Positions 12,075 to 21,364 of a stretch of 64,000 nucleotides of DNA are shown here, one piece after another; position 1 is the stretch's first letter; every line of letters begins with the position of its first letter. The stretch comes from Octopus sinensis (Eukaryota). A model generated the notes under the pieces. The model had not been told where the DNA came from. It did no database searches and saw only the letters and a list, made by a program, of their open reading frames with translations. The stretch is from the NCBI RefSeq assembly GCF_006345805.1, contig NC_043010.1:60884001-60948000 (forward strand), given 5' to 3'. The position numbers and the translations under genes were made by a program.

Positions 12075-12255
12075 TTGAGCTGGTGATCATTGGGTCATAG
12101 GTTCAATTCCTGCACCAGGCAGCACATTGTGTCCTTGAGCAAGGCAGTTCATTTTACATTGCTCCAGTTGATTTCAACTGAAAATGAGTTGCAGTGGTAG
12201 CTGGGGCTAAACCCTGTGACAGACTCGTGTCCCATTTAATGAGGAGACATGTTTT
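12075..12255 (+). mobile_element. SINE family D (CORE/V-like central domain), degraded
   Basis: GGTTCAATTCCTG...CCTTGAGCAAGGCA...CTCCAGTTGATTTCAACTGAAAATGAGT...CCCTGTGACAGACTCGTGTCCCAT. Homologous to 32593 and 62460. Confidence 0.6.
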
Positions 12256-12339
12256 CTAACTTAAATACCTGCTACGTTTATTACACTAAAAGAAAAGCTT
12301 TACATTTAGGGCCCTGCCTCATTTTACACTGCAACTGTA

Positions 12340-12541
12340 TCCCTGTTTGATCATCAGTTCTGATTTGACCGATGCTGGTATGTTTACGTCCCCGTAACTT
12401 AGCGGTTCGGTAAAAGAGACCGATAGAATAAGTACTAGGCTTACAAAGAATAAGTCCTGGGGTCAATTCGTTCGACTAAAGGCGGTGTTCCAGCATGGCC
12501 ACAGTCAAATGACTGAAACAAGTAAAAGAGAGTAAAGAGTA
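12340..12541 (+). mobile_element. SINE family A 3' module
   Basis: GCTGGTATGTTTACGTCCCCGTAACTTAGCGGTTCGG ... CAGTCAAATGACTGAAACAAGTAAAAGAG. Confidence 0.8.
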
Positions 12542-12649
12542 TTAAAATTCGTTTTTAGTAATATTTTCTCAATAAGAAATGCGTGTCCGAGTTCCAATTA
12601 ATTATCTCCCTTGGATCATTTCACTTTCTGAGATAAAATTACAGCCAAG

Positions 12650-13050
12650 AAAGTCCGGGAGTTCTTTGAAAGACCGGACTCCTGCCAGAATATTGGTTTC
12701 ATATTTTGGCACAAGGCAAACAGGTTTCGGGGAAGGGCCAAATTGATTACATCGACTCCAGTGCTTCACTAGTACTTATTTTATCGACTCCGAAAGGATG
12801 AAAGGCATAGTCGAAACCGGCAGAATTTGAACTCAGAACGTATAGAAGCAGGAAATAGCTCCAAGCACTTTGCCCTGCATGCGAGTGCTTCTTATTTTAC
12901 TGCCCACAAGGGGTTACACACAGCGGGGACAGACAAGGACAGACAAACGGATCGAGTTGATTACATCGACCACAGTGCGTAACTGGTACTTATTTAATCG
13001 ACCCCGAAAAGTCGACCTCGGCGGATATTTCTGCCAGCTCGCCGCCCTTG
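12650..13050 (-). mobile_element. Two adjacent SINE family B copies
   Basis: Two reverse-complement bodies, at about 12650-12880 and 12895-13050. Confidence 0.7.
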
Positions 13051-13200
13051 CTACAGCAATCGTATTGAAAACAAAAACCAACACCCTGTGTTGTTGTTGT
13101 TGTTTTTTTTTTGTTTGTTCTTTGATGGGGGGAATTTACTGTATATATGTAAGAATGTGTGTATGTATATATATATATATATATATATACTTATATTCTT

Positions 13201-13236
<36 letters not shown>

Positions 13237-13238
<2 letters not shown>

Positions 13239-13920
13239 CATCATCATCATCATCATCATTTAGCGTCCGTTTTCCATGCTAGCATGGGTTGGACGGTTCA
13301 ACTGGGGTCTGGGGAACCCGAAGGCTGCACCAGGCCAGTCAGATCTGGCAGTGTTTCTACAGCTGGATGCCCTTCCTAACGCCAACCACTCCGAGAGTGT
13401 AGTGGGTGATTTTATGTGCCACCGACACAGGTGCCAGACGAGGCTGGCGAACGGCCACGCTCGGATGGTGTTTTTATGTGCCACCGACACAGGTGCCAGA
13501 CGAGGCTGGCAGACGGCCACGCTCGGATGGTGTTTTTATGTGCCACCGACACAGGTGCCAGATGAGGCTGGCGGACGGCCACGATCGGATGGTGTTTGTT
13601 ACGTCCCCAAAGCACGGAGGCCAGTCTATGCGGTACTGGCTACGGCCACGTTCGGATGATTTTCTTGTGTGCCACCGGCACTGGTACCACAAAGATACAA
13701 ATTCCATTTATGTTCATCTATTTTGATTTGTTTTGATTTGATTTGATTTTCACTTGCCTCAACAGGTCTTCACAAGTGTCACAAGAAGGAAGGTATGCAC
13801 AGGTGGACTGTCTACGTCGCCGGGTCTTCGGATGGTGTCTTTATGTGCCACCGACACAGGTGCCAGATGTGGCTGGCGAATCGGATGGTTTTCTTGTGTG
13901 CCACCGGTACTGGAACCACA
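13237..13920 (-). mobile_element. RTE-type 3' end element (family C) with internal 62-bp minisatellite
   Basis: (CAT)n tail at 13237-13260 and family C body. The unit TTTATGTGCCACCGACACAGGTGCCAGACGAGGCTGGC... repeats at a 62-bp period (13414, 13476, 13538), with further partial copies. Confidence 0.75.
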
Positions 13921-14289
13921 AAGATATATATATATATATACAATGCAGGTAGGGTATGCATGAAAGTGTGTATGCATGTGTGTACCTCTGTCTCCTTGTG
14001 TGTGCTTGTCTGAGTGTCTGTGTGAGGGGTTTTGCGACTATGTACCATGTCTGTATGTGTCTCCATATGTGTTTTTAAAAAAATGACTCTTCCCAGACAC
14101 AACAGTACATACATACATGTATGTATGTATATAATTTAGAGAGAAAAAAACCTCTATTAAACAATTCGATAATGAAACGTGTGCTGCTACAAACGAAAGA
14201 TTGCCAAAACCTTATTATAAAAATATATACATGCATGTGCATTTTCACTCAAGACAGGTATTATATCAATAAAAAATTAAAGTCGATAT

Positions 14290-15033
14290 TTAGTCAATAT
14301 ATTCAGCTTGTTGGTCAGCGATGGCCTTGTCCAAAACTGCCTCCACTTTCTCGGTATTAACTTCACACTCACAATATTCACTGAGAGCAAATAACAGCTT
14401 AGGGCACAGATCCTTTAGGTGCATTTTATGGGGCACCAGGTTAATAAAAACATAGCATTTTTTATCCAGTGGGGTTTCTTGAGCTTTAATATCAGTTTCC
14501 TCTGCATCCGATCCTAGATGTTTGGCAACTAATTTCCACGAATCATCATCGCTTATATGCTTCAAAATATCTCTTAAAATAGGGAAGTTCATTTCTTCGA
14601 TTCTTTCTGCTTTCTCAATAAGGCGGGCTAGGTGTTCGTTGTAACCTTTACACTCACCAGGAAAATACATTTCAATATACTTGTCCATAGCAGATTCAAC
14701 ATTTTTTCTGGCTTTCTCGTTAGCTTTTTCTTCATCGAAAAAGTCCACGACGGTTTGAATAGTTTCTTCGATGCTTCTTTTTCCCTTTTCGGGAAGGCTT
14801 TTCGCATAATAATCAACAGGTAGATAGGTAACATCATTAAAAAAGTCTTCAGATCTTTCTTGCAAATGTCTCTCTGCTTCTTCTACCAATTCTTTTTGCT
14901 TCTTTTCATCTTCCAATTCTTTTTGCTTCTTTTCATCTTCCAATTCTTTTTGCTTCCTTTCATCTTCCAAATATATTTTTCTTACTTTATTAAGTTTATT
15001 CTGGTATTCACGATTTCTCTTTCTCTCGCTCAT
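14290..15033 (-). CDS. Intronless 247-aa ORF: coiled-coil KQKELEDEK repeat plus death-domain-like C-terminus
   Basis: Uninterrupted frame from ATG 15033 (MSERKRNREY) to TAA 14290, with natural globular composition and a 27-bp internal repeat x2-3. The C-terminal DILKHISDDDSWKLVAKHLG...DI...KCY...LLFALSE resembles the death-domain W-K-x-L-A-x-x-L-G helical pattern. This is motif recognition only. Confidence 0.75.
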   Translation of the reverse strand: MSERKRNREYQNKLNKVRKIYLEDERKQKELEDEKKQKELEDEKKQKELVEEAERHLQERSEDFFNDVTYLPVDYYAKSLPEKGKRSIEETIQTVVDFFDEEKANEKARKNVESAMDKYIEMYFPGECKGYNEHLARLIEKAERIEEMNFPILRDILKHISDDDSWKLVAKHLGSDAEETDIKAQETPLDKKCYVFINLVPHKMHLKDLCPKLLFALSEYCECEVNTEKVEAVLDKAIADQQAEYID

Positions 15034-15045
15034 TGCTGCGAACAA

Positions 15046-16582
15046 GGAAATGAAATACAAAATTATAAAATATATAAAAGACGAATCGGAAACGATGAAG
15101 ACGAAACGTATTTACTTTGTTTAAGAAGTTCTCTTGTGTTTTAATAACCAGACGTTTTACCATCGCAACCACCCAACTAGGAAATAAAATACAAAATTAT
15201 AAAATATATAAAAGACGAATCGGAAACGATGAAGACGAAACGTATTTACTTGGTTTAAGAAGTTCTCCTTGTGTTTTAATAACCAGACGACGTTTTACCA
15301 CATCGCAACCACCCAACTAGGAATAAAATACAAAATTATAAAATATATAAAAGACGAATCGGAAACGATGAAGACGAAACGTATTTACTTTGTTTATGAA
15401 GTTCTCTTGTGTTTTAATAACCCACGTTTTACCATCGCAACCACCCAACTAGGAAATAAAATACAAAATTAAAAATATATAAAAGACGAATCGGAAACGA
15501 TGAAGACGAAACGTATTTACTTTGTTTAGAAGTTCTCTTGTGTTTTAATAACCAGACGTTTTACCATCGCAACCACCCAACTAGGAAATAAAATACAAAA
15601 TTATAAAATATATAAAAGACGAATCGGAAACGATGAAGACGAAACGTATTTACTTTGTTTATGAAGTTCTCTTGTGTTTTAATAACCAGACGTTTTACCA
15701 TCGCAACCACCCAACTAGGAAATAAAATACAAAATTATAAAATATATAAAAGACGAATCGGAAACGATGAAGACGAAACGTATTTACTTTGTTTATGAAG
15801 TTCTCTTGTGTTTTAATAACCAGACGTTTTACCATCGCAACCACCCAACTAGGAAATAAAATACAAAATTATAAAATATATAAAACGACGATCGGAAACG
15901 ATGAAGACGAAACGTATTTACTTTGTTTATGAAGTTCTCTTGTGTTTTAATAACCAGACGTTTTACCATCGCAACCACCCAACTAGGATAAAATACAAAA
16001 TTATAAAATATAAAAGACGAATCGGAAACGATGAAGACGAAACGTATTTACTTTGTTTATGAAGTTCTCTTGTGTTTTAATAACCAGACGTTTTACCATC
16101 GCAACCACCCAACTAGGAAATAAAATACAAAATTATAAAATATATAAAAGACGAATCGGAACGATGAAGACGAAACGTATTTACTGTGTTATGAAGTTCT
16201 CTTGTGTTTTAATAACCAGACGTTTTAACCATCGCAACCACCCAACTAGGAAATAAAATACAAAATTATAAAATATATAAAAGACGAATCGGAAACGTTG
16301 AAGACGAAACGTATTTACTTTGTTTAAGAAGTTCTCTTGTGTTTTAATAACCAGACGTTTTACCATCGCAACCACCCAACTAGGAAATAAAATACAAAAT
16401 TATAAAATATATAAAAGACGAATCGGAAACGATGAAGACGAAACGTATTTACTTTGTTTATGAAGTTCTCTTGTGTTTTAATAACCAGACGTTTTACCAT
16501 CGCAACCACCCAACTAGGAAATAAAATACAACATTATAAAATATATAAAAGACGAATCGGAAACGATGAAGACGAAACGTAT
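15046..16582. repeat. Tandem array of a 134-bp unit, 11 full copies plus one half
   Basis: Units start at 15046, 15180, 15320, 15452, 15584, 15718, 15852, 15986, 16116, 16249, 16383 and 16517 (partial). They are near-identical apart from small indels and a TAAG/TATG variant. There are no unique spacers. Confidence 0.97.
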
Positions 16583-16609
16583 TAACGTTCACAAATAGAT
16601 CATTATAGT

Positions 16610-17310
16610 TCAGATGTATATAGTTTTAGACAGCTTGGTGGGCCAGTGTACCTGACGACCACTACAAGTTTCAGTGACGTATGGAGGAGGGGTCGGTGTG
16701 TGTGGTAGTGTTGGGGGTGGTTGCAGTGGAGGAGCATCTGTTTTATATTGAACTGTGAATGTGGGAGATGTATGAAGTAGTATTGTATCAGTCTGTGTAT
16801 GCCTGCTTAAGCCTGTCTATCAAGACAGTTTCTCTTTTAGCATTAATGTCAATGGTATATAGTTTGTGTGCGACAGGACACAATAGGGTCCTGTATATGG
16901 AGGTGTGAGAGGGGTTTTCACAGCATCACTTCGTAGAAACACATGGGTCCAAGAATCAATGTCTTTTGGAACTGATGATTTAGAGATTTTGCACTGAAAG
17001 AAGTGACATAATATTTGTATTATAGTATGTATGCAGGTGTGTAATGAGAACAGTGATTTTGAGAATGTGTGAGATAAAATATCTTCGTTTATGAACCATA
17101 TATCTTGTGTCGAGGTGAATAGACATGTAAGTCGCACGTGGGAGATTGTGGGGAGAGCTACAGAGAAGACATGTGTCTTTGAGCAAAAGCTGACAGGAAC
17201 AGAGAACTTCTACCATGTAGCTCAGAGCAAGACTAATGTCTCAAAATAAGGTTACTGTATCAAAACGAGGCTAGTGTATTAAAGCAAAGCTAGATGCCTC
17301 ATTGATATGT
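16610..17310 (-). mobile_element. Decayed Ty3/Gypsy pol (integrase C-terminal) fragment
   Basis: VPKDIDSWTHVFLRSDAVKTPLTPPYTGPY (GPY/F motif) and terminal SGRQVHWP. Multiple stops and frameshifts. Confidence 0.8.
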
Positions 17311-17326
17311 TCGTCTGCTGTGCAGG

Positions 17327-17880
17327 TCATCATCATCATCGTTTAATGTCTGCTTTCCATGCTAGCATGGGTTGGACGGTTTGACTGAGGGCTGGCGAAC
17401 CAGATGGCTGCACCAGGCTCCGGTCTTGATCTGGCAGAGTTTCTACAGCTGGATGCCCTTCCTAACACCAACCACTCTGAGAGTGTAGTGGGTGCTTTTA
17501 CGTGCCACCAGCACGGGGGCCAGTCAGCCAGTACTGGTAACGACCTCGCTCGAATCTTTTTACACATGCCACCGGCACAGGTGCCAGTAAGGCGATGCTG
17601 GTAACGATCACACTCGAATGGTGCCTCTTACATGCCACCGGCATGGAAGCCAGTTAGCCACTCTGGCAACAATCACACTTGGATGGTGCTCTTAGCACCT
17701 TACTAGCATGAGGCACAAGTGCCAGTAAGGCGAAGCTAGTAACGATCATACTCGAATGGTGCCTTTTATATGCCACTGGCATGGAAGCCGGTTAGTCGCT
17801 CTGTCAATGATCACGCTCGGATGGTGCTCTTAGCACCCTACTAGCATGGGGCTCGGATGGTGCTCATGCCCGTCATCGAA
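17327..17880 (-). mobile_element. Family C (RTE 3' end) element with internal tandem repeats
   Basis: (CAT)n tail, conserved body and repeated GTAACGATCACACTCGAATGGTGCC units. Confidence 0.75.
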
Positions 17881-18474
17881 TTTGACTTTGATTTTGGTTT
17901 TAATTTCGATTTACATATTACTATGTAACATGTAGCTCTGCTACAAGTGTTTCGTGATTTCTTTTTTCTACATAGAAATAGCGTTAGCCTGCCCCTTTTT
18001 TTTTTCAATCCACAGCCCTTCCAATCTCACCTTGATTATTTCTGTTGGCTACAGATGAGAAAGTGTGCTGAAGACCTTTTCCTCACATTTGTAGTAGATA
18101 TTTACTCAATTCATCAATAAAATTATGTTAATAATAATAAAACCACGTTTCATTTCTGTCTTAGAGAATAAAGAAACTAAGACTAAACAATATAATAATT
18201 AAAATAAGATCAGGGATCACGCACGAAAGCAAATTTGCTCACGTGGATCACACACGAAATAGCACTAGCACAAACTAACTAAAAAGTAACCTAAAGTTAT
18301 TGCCCTTTAATTTGCAGATCACCCCACCCCCAAATTGGCACCTATATATATATATATATACATATTTTTTAATAATATATTATTATTATTAATATAAGGA
18401 AATTAGTATCCAAACTCATCATAAAGATATACCCATGTGAAAATACTTATTATATTAAAGATATATATAAATAC

Positions 18475-18858
18475 TAGCAGTATCGCCCGGCGTTGCTCAG
18501 GTTTGTAAGGGAAATAACTATAAAGCATTTTTAGAGAGTTATAGCCAAAAAATAGCAAAAAAATGGAAAAAAAATTATGGTAAATTTTTTTTGAGAGTTA
18601 GAAAAGGTCGAGTTGCGTCCCCTAGACAGTCTGTGGTTTGTGTTTCTGATTCTCGACCCCATGTCGAATTTATCGATTTTTTTCAGAACTGGGGGAACTT
18701 TTCAAAATTTTCGCTGCGTTAGTTTTGAATTATGACATTGGGCTATGTGTGTGTCAAGTTTCATCAGAATCGGTTGAAAGCCGTGGTCAGGGTGAGGGTA
18801 CAACCTAACAGACACACAGAAACACACACAGACAAACTGCCGTTTATATAGAGAGAGA
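18475..18858 (-). mobile_element. Non-autonomous Helitron
   Basis: On the minus strand it begins A|TCTCTCTCTATATAAACGG and ends GCAACGCCGGGCGATACTGCTAG|T. This gives a 5' TC, a 3' CTAG with a GC-rich subterminal tract, an A|T insertion site and no TSD. Confidence 0.75.
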
Positions 18859-18914
18859 TATATAAAAATATATGTAAATATGTATAGATATAAATATAAA
18901 GTATAAATAAATTT

Positions 18915-19071
18915 GAGCAGATCAACCCCAGGATTTATTCTTTGTAAGCCCAGTACTTATTCTGTCGTCTCTCTTTTGCCGAACCGCTAAGTTACAGGGA
19001 CGTAAACACACCAGCATCAGTTATCAAGCGATGTTGGGGGACAAATACAGACACACAAACATACACACCCG

Positions 19072-19103
<32 letters not shown>

Positions 19104-19268
19104 TACGATGGGCTTCTTTCAGTTTCCGTCTACCAAATCCACTCACAAGGTTCTGCTTGGCCCGGGGCTATAGTAGAAGATACTTGCCCAAGGTGCCATG
19201 CAGTGGGACTGAACCTGAAACCATGTGGTTGGTAAGCAAGCTATTTACCACACAGCTACTCCTACGCC
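18915..19268 (-). mobile_element. SINE family A
   Basis: Head, microsatellite and most of the 3' module. Confidence 0.8.
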
Positions 19269-19504
19269 TACATTCATATACGAAACCTAACTTTCAGTGT
19301 TGGCTCTAATTCCGATAGAATATCTGTAGAGATGACTTTAAAAAGTCATTGAGCCACACTGCTAACACAGGTAGATCACACTATTCACTTAAAAGCCTTT
19401 AATATAATTCTCAGTAGTATATGAAATGGTCGATTTGTTACTGTTGCCTTGGCATTAAGCAACAAGACATTCTTATTTTAATATCTTCAATATATTTATC
19501 AATG

Positions 19505-19845
19505 GAAATTGTAGTTGTGATCTCTGTGCTGGTGGCACGTAAAAAGCACCATCCGAACGTGGCCGATGCCAGCGCGGCCTTGACTGTCTTCCATGCCAGT
19601 GGCACGTAAAAAGCACCAATCCAATCGTGGCCATTGCCAGCCTCACCTGGCACCTGTGCTGGTGGCACGTAAAAAGCACCCACTACACTCACGGAGTGGT
19701 TGGCGTTAGGAAGGGCATCCAGCTGTAGAAACACTGCCAGATCAGACTGGAGCCTGGTGCAGCCTTCTGACTTCCCAGACCCTGGTTGAACCATCCAACC
19801 CATGCTAGCATGGAAAACGGACGTTAAACGATGATGATGATGATG
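19505..19845 (+). mobile_element. Family C (RTE 3' end) element
   Basis: TGGCACGTAAAAAGCACC repeats, GGAAGGGCATCCAGCTGTAGAAAC and a (GAT)n tail. Confidence 0.75.
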
Positions 19846-20140
19846 CTGATTTTCCTAATTTTACCTGTTTTCTTTCTCTCTTTTCCAATTGAAAAATTAT
19901 TTGGAGATAGTTGTGATTACCTTGAATGCGTCTGCTTAATAATAAGTATTGTCTTTGAAGGAAGTGAATAGGAGCAACTAGTCATACAGGACAGAAACTT
20001 CTCTGTCTTTTAACATCACAGTTTTGTATAAAAGGTTGACGTTTAGCACACTGTAGGTGCATCATGTCACCATATGAGTTTGGTCCCCTGTAATAACAGG
20101 ACTGGCTGGGGAAGAATTCTATAGAAAATGCAATGTACTA

Positions 20141-20535
20141 GGCGTAGGAGTGGCTGTGTGGTAAGTAGCTTGTTTTCCAACCACATCGTTCCGGGTTCAG
20201 TCCCACTGCGTGGCACCTTGGGAAAGTGTCTTCTACTATAGCCTCGGGCCGACCAAAGCTTTGTGAGTGGATTTGGTAGACGGAAACTGAAAGAAGCCCA
20301 TCGTATATATGTATATATATATATATATATGCGTTTGTGTCTGTGTTTGTCCCCCTAACATTGCTTGACAACCAATGTTGGTGTGTTTATGTCACCATTA
20401 CTTAGCAGTTCGGCAAAAGAGACCGATAGAATAAGTACTGGGCTTACAAAAGAATAAGTGCCGGGGTCGAGTTGCTTGATTAAAGGCGGTGCTCCAGCAT
20501 GGCCGCAGTCTGAAACAAGTAAAAGAGTAAAGAGT
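20141..20535 (+). mobile_element. SINE family A, full length
   Basis: GGCGTAGGAGTGGCTGTGTGG head through the AGTAAAAGAGTAAAGAG tail. Confidence 0.85.
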
Positions 20536-20729
20536 ACAAAAGATTAAAAAGAAGCCAGTACATTCTACAGCCCCCAGTAAAAGGGAAATAGGAAGATCAA
20601 GAAGGCAATGGTTGAACAACATGTAAGAATGTGTTTAGTGTAGAAAAAATTGTAAATAAATGATGTGAAATCCTTGGTCCTGACAGCCTCAGTCATATTT
20701 GTTGGAGTTAAATTTCATCATCATCATCA

Positions 20730-21100
20730 ATATATATCTCAGAGCAGCCAACTGGCTTCCATACCGGTGGCACGTAAAAGGACACCATTCGAGCGTGATC
20801 GTTACCAATGTCACCTTACTGGCACCTGTGCTGGTGGCATATGTGAAAAGATTCGAGCGAGGTCTTTGCCAGTACCGCCTGACTGGCCCCCATGCCGGTA
20901 GCACGTAAAAGGCTCCCACTACACTCTCGGAGTGGTTGGCGTTAGGAAGGGCATCCAGCTGTAGAAACTCTGCCAGATCAAGATTAGAGCCCTGGTGCAG
21001 CCATCAGGTTCGCCAGCCCTCAGTCAAAATCGTCCAACCCAAGCTAGCTTGGAAAGCGGACATTAAACGATGAGGATGATGATGATGATGATGATGATGA
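20730..21100 (+). mobile_element. Family C (RTE 3' end) element
   Basis: Conserved body and (GAT)n tail. Confidence 0.75.
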
Positions 21101-21285
21101 TGTCCTCCATGCATGTATTAAACAGGTCTCCTCTCATAAAATGTATCACTACTGATAGTTTTTTGTCATCACTTTCCTGTGATCAACCTGCATCACTTCT
21201 TCCTAATCCATAATGTAGATGGAAATCATAAAGTCCCAAAGCTAATGCTATTCTTCCTCTGCACATGCCCATTCCTAAAGCTTAC

Positions 21286-21364
21286 CTTGACTTCTTCTAT
21301 TCCTCTTTACTCTGGCCCTCTTATCTACCCCATGCAACAGAAGCCATCGAGGGTCCTTGGCTGA
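21286..21364 (-). other. Candidate orphan 79-nt exon
   Basis: Long pyrimidine tract ending ttttctctgcag|TCA and donor CAAG|GTAAGC. Only one frame is open (SAKDPRWLLLHGVDKRARVKRNRRSQ, phase 0 to phase 1). Confidence 0.4.

Noticed and set aside
13276-13977. Cluster of 60-127-aa ORFs with repeated CATDTGARRG / VPPTQVPD
   Set aside because: These are translations of the 62-bp minisatellite in a retroelement 3' end.
15046-16582. CRISPR array
   Set aside because: The whole 134-bp unit repeats, with no unique spacers and no cas genes, and the context is eukaryotic.
14130-16600. Helitron or TIR-transposon boundaries around the ORF+array block
   Set aside because: A possible A|TC at 16599 exists, but there is no matching CTRR|T end with a hairpin, and no TIRs or TSD were found.
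20545-20625. Plus-strand exon-like segment (ctacag|...|gtaaga)
   Set aside because: It reads like an RTE ORF2 C-terminal relic (KREIGRSRRQW), and the other frames are closed.
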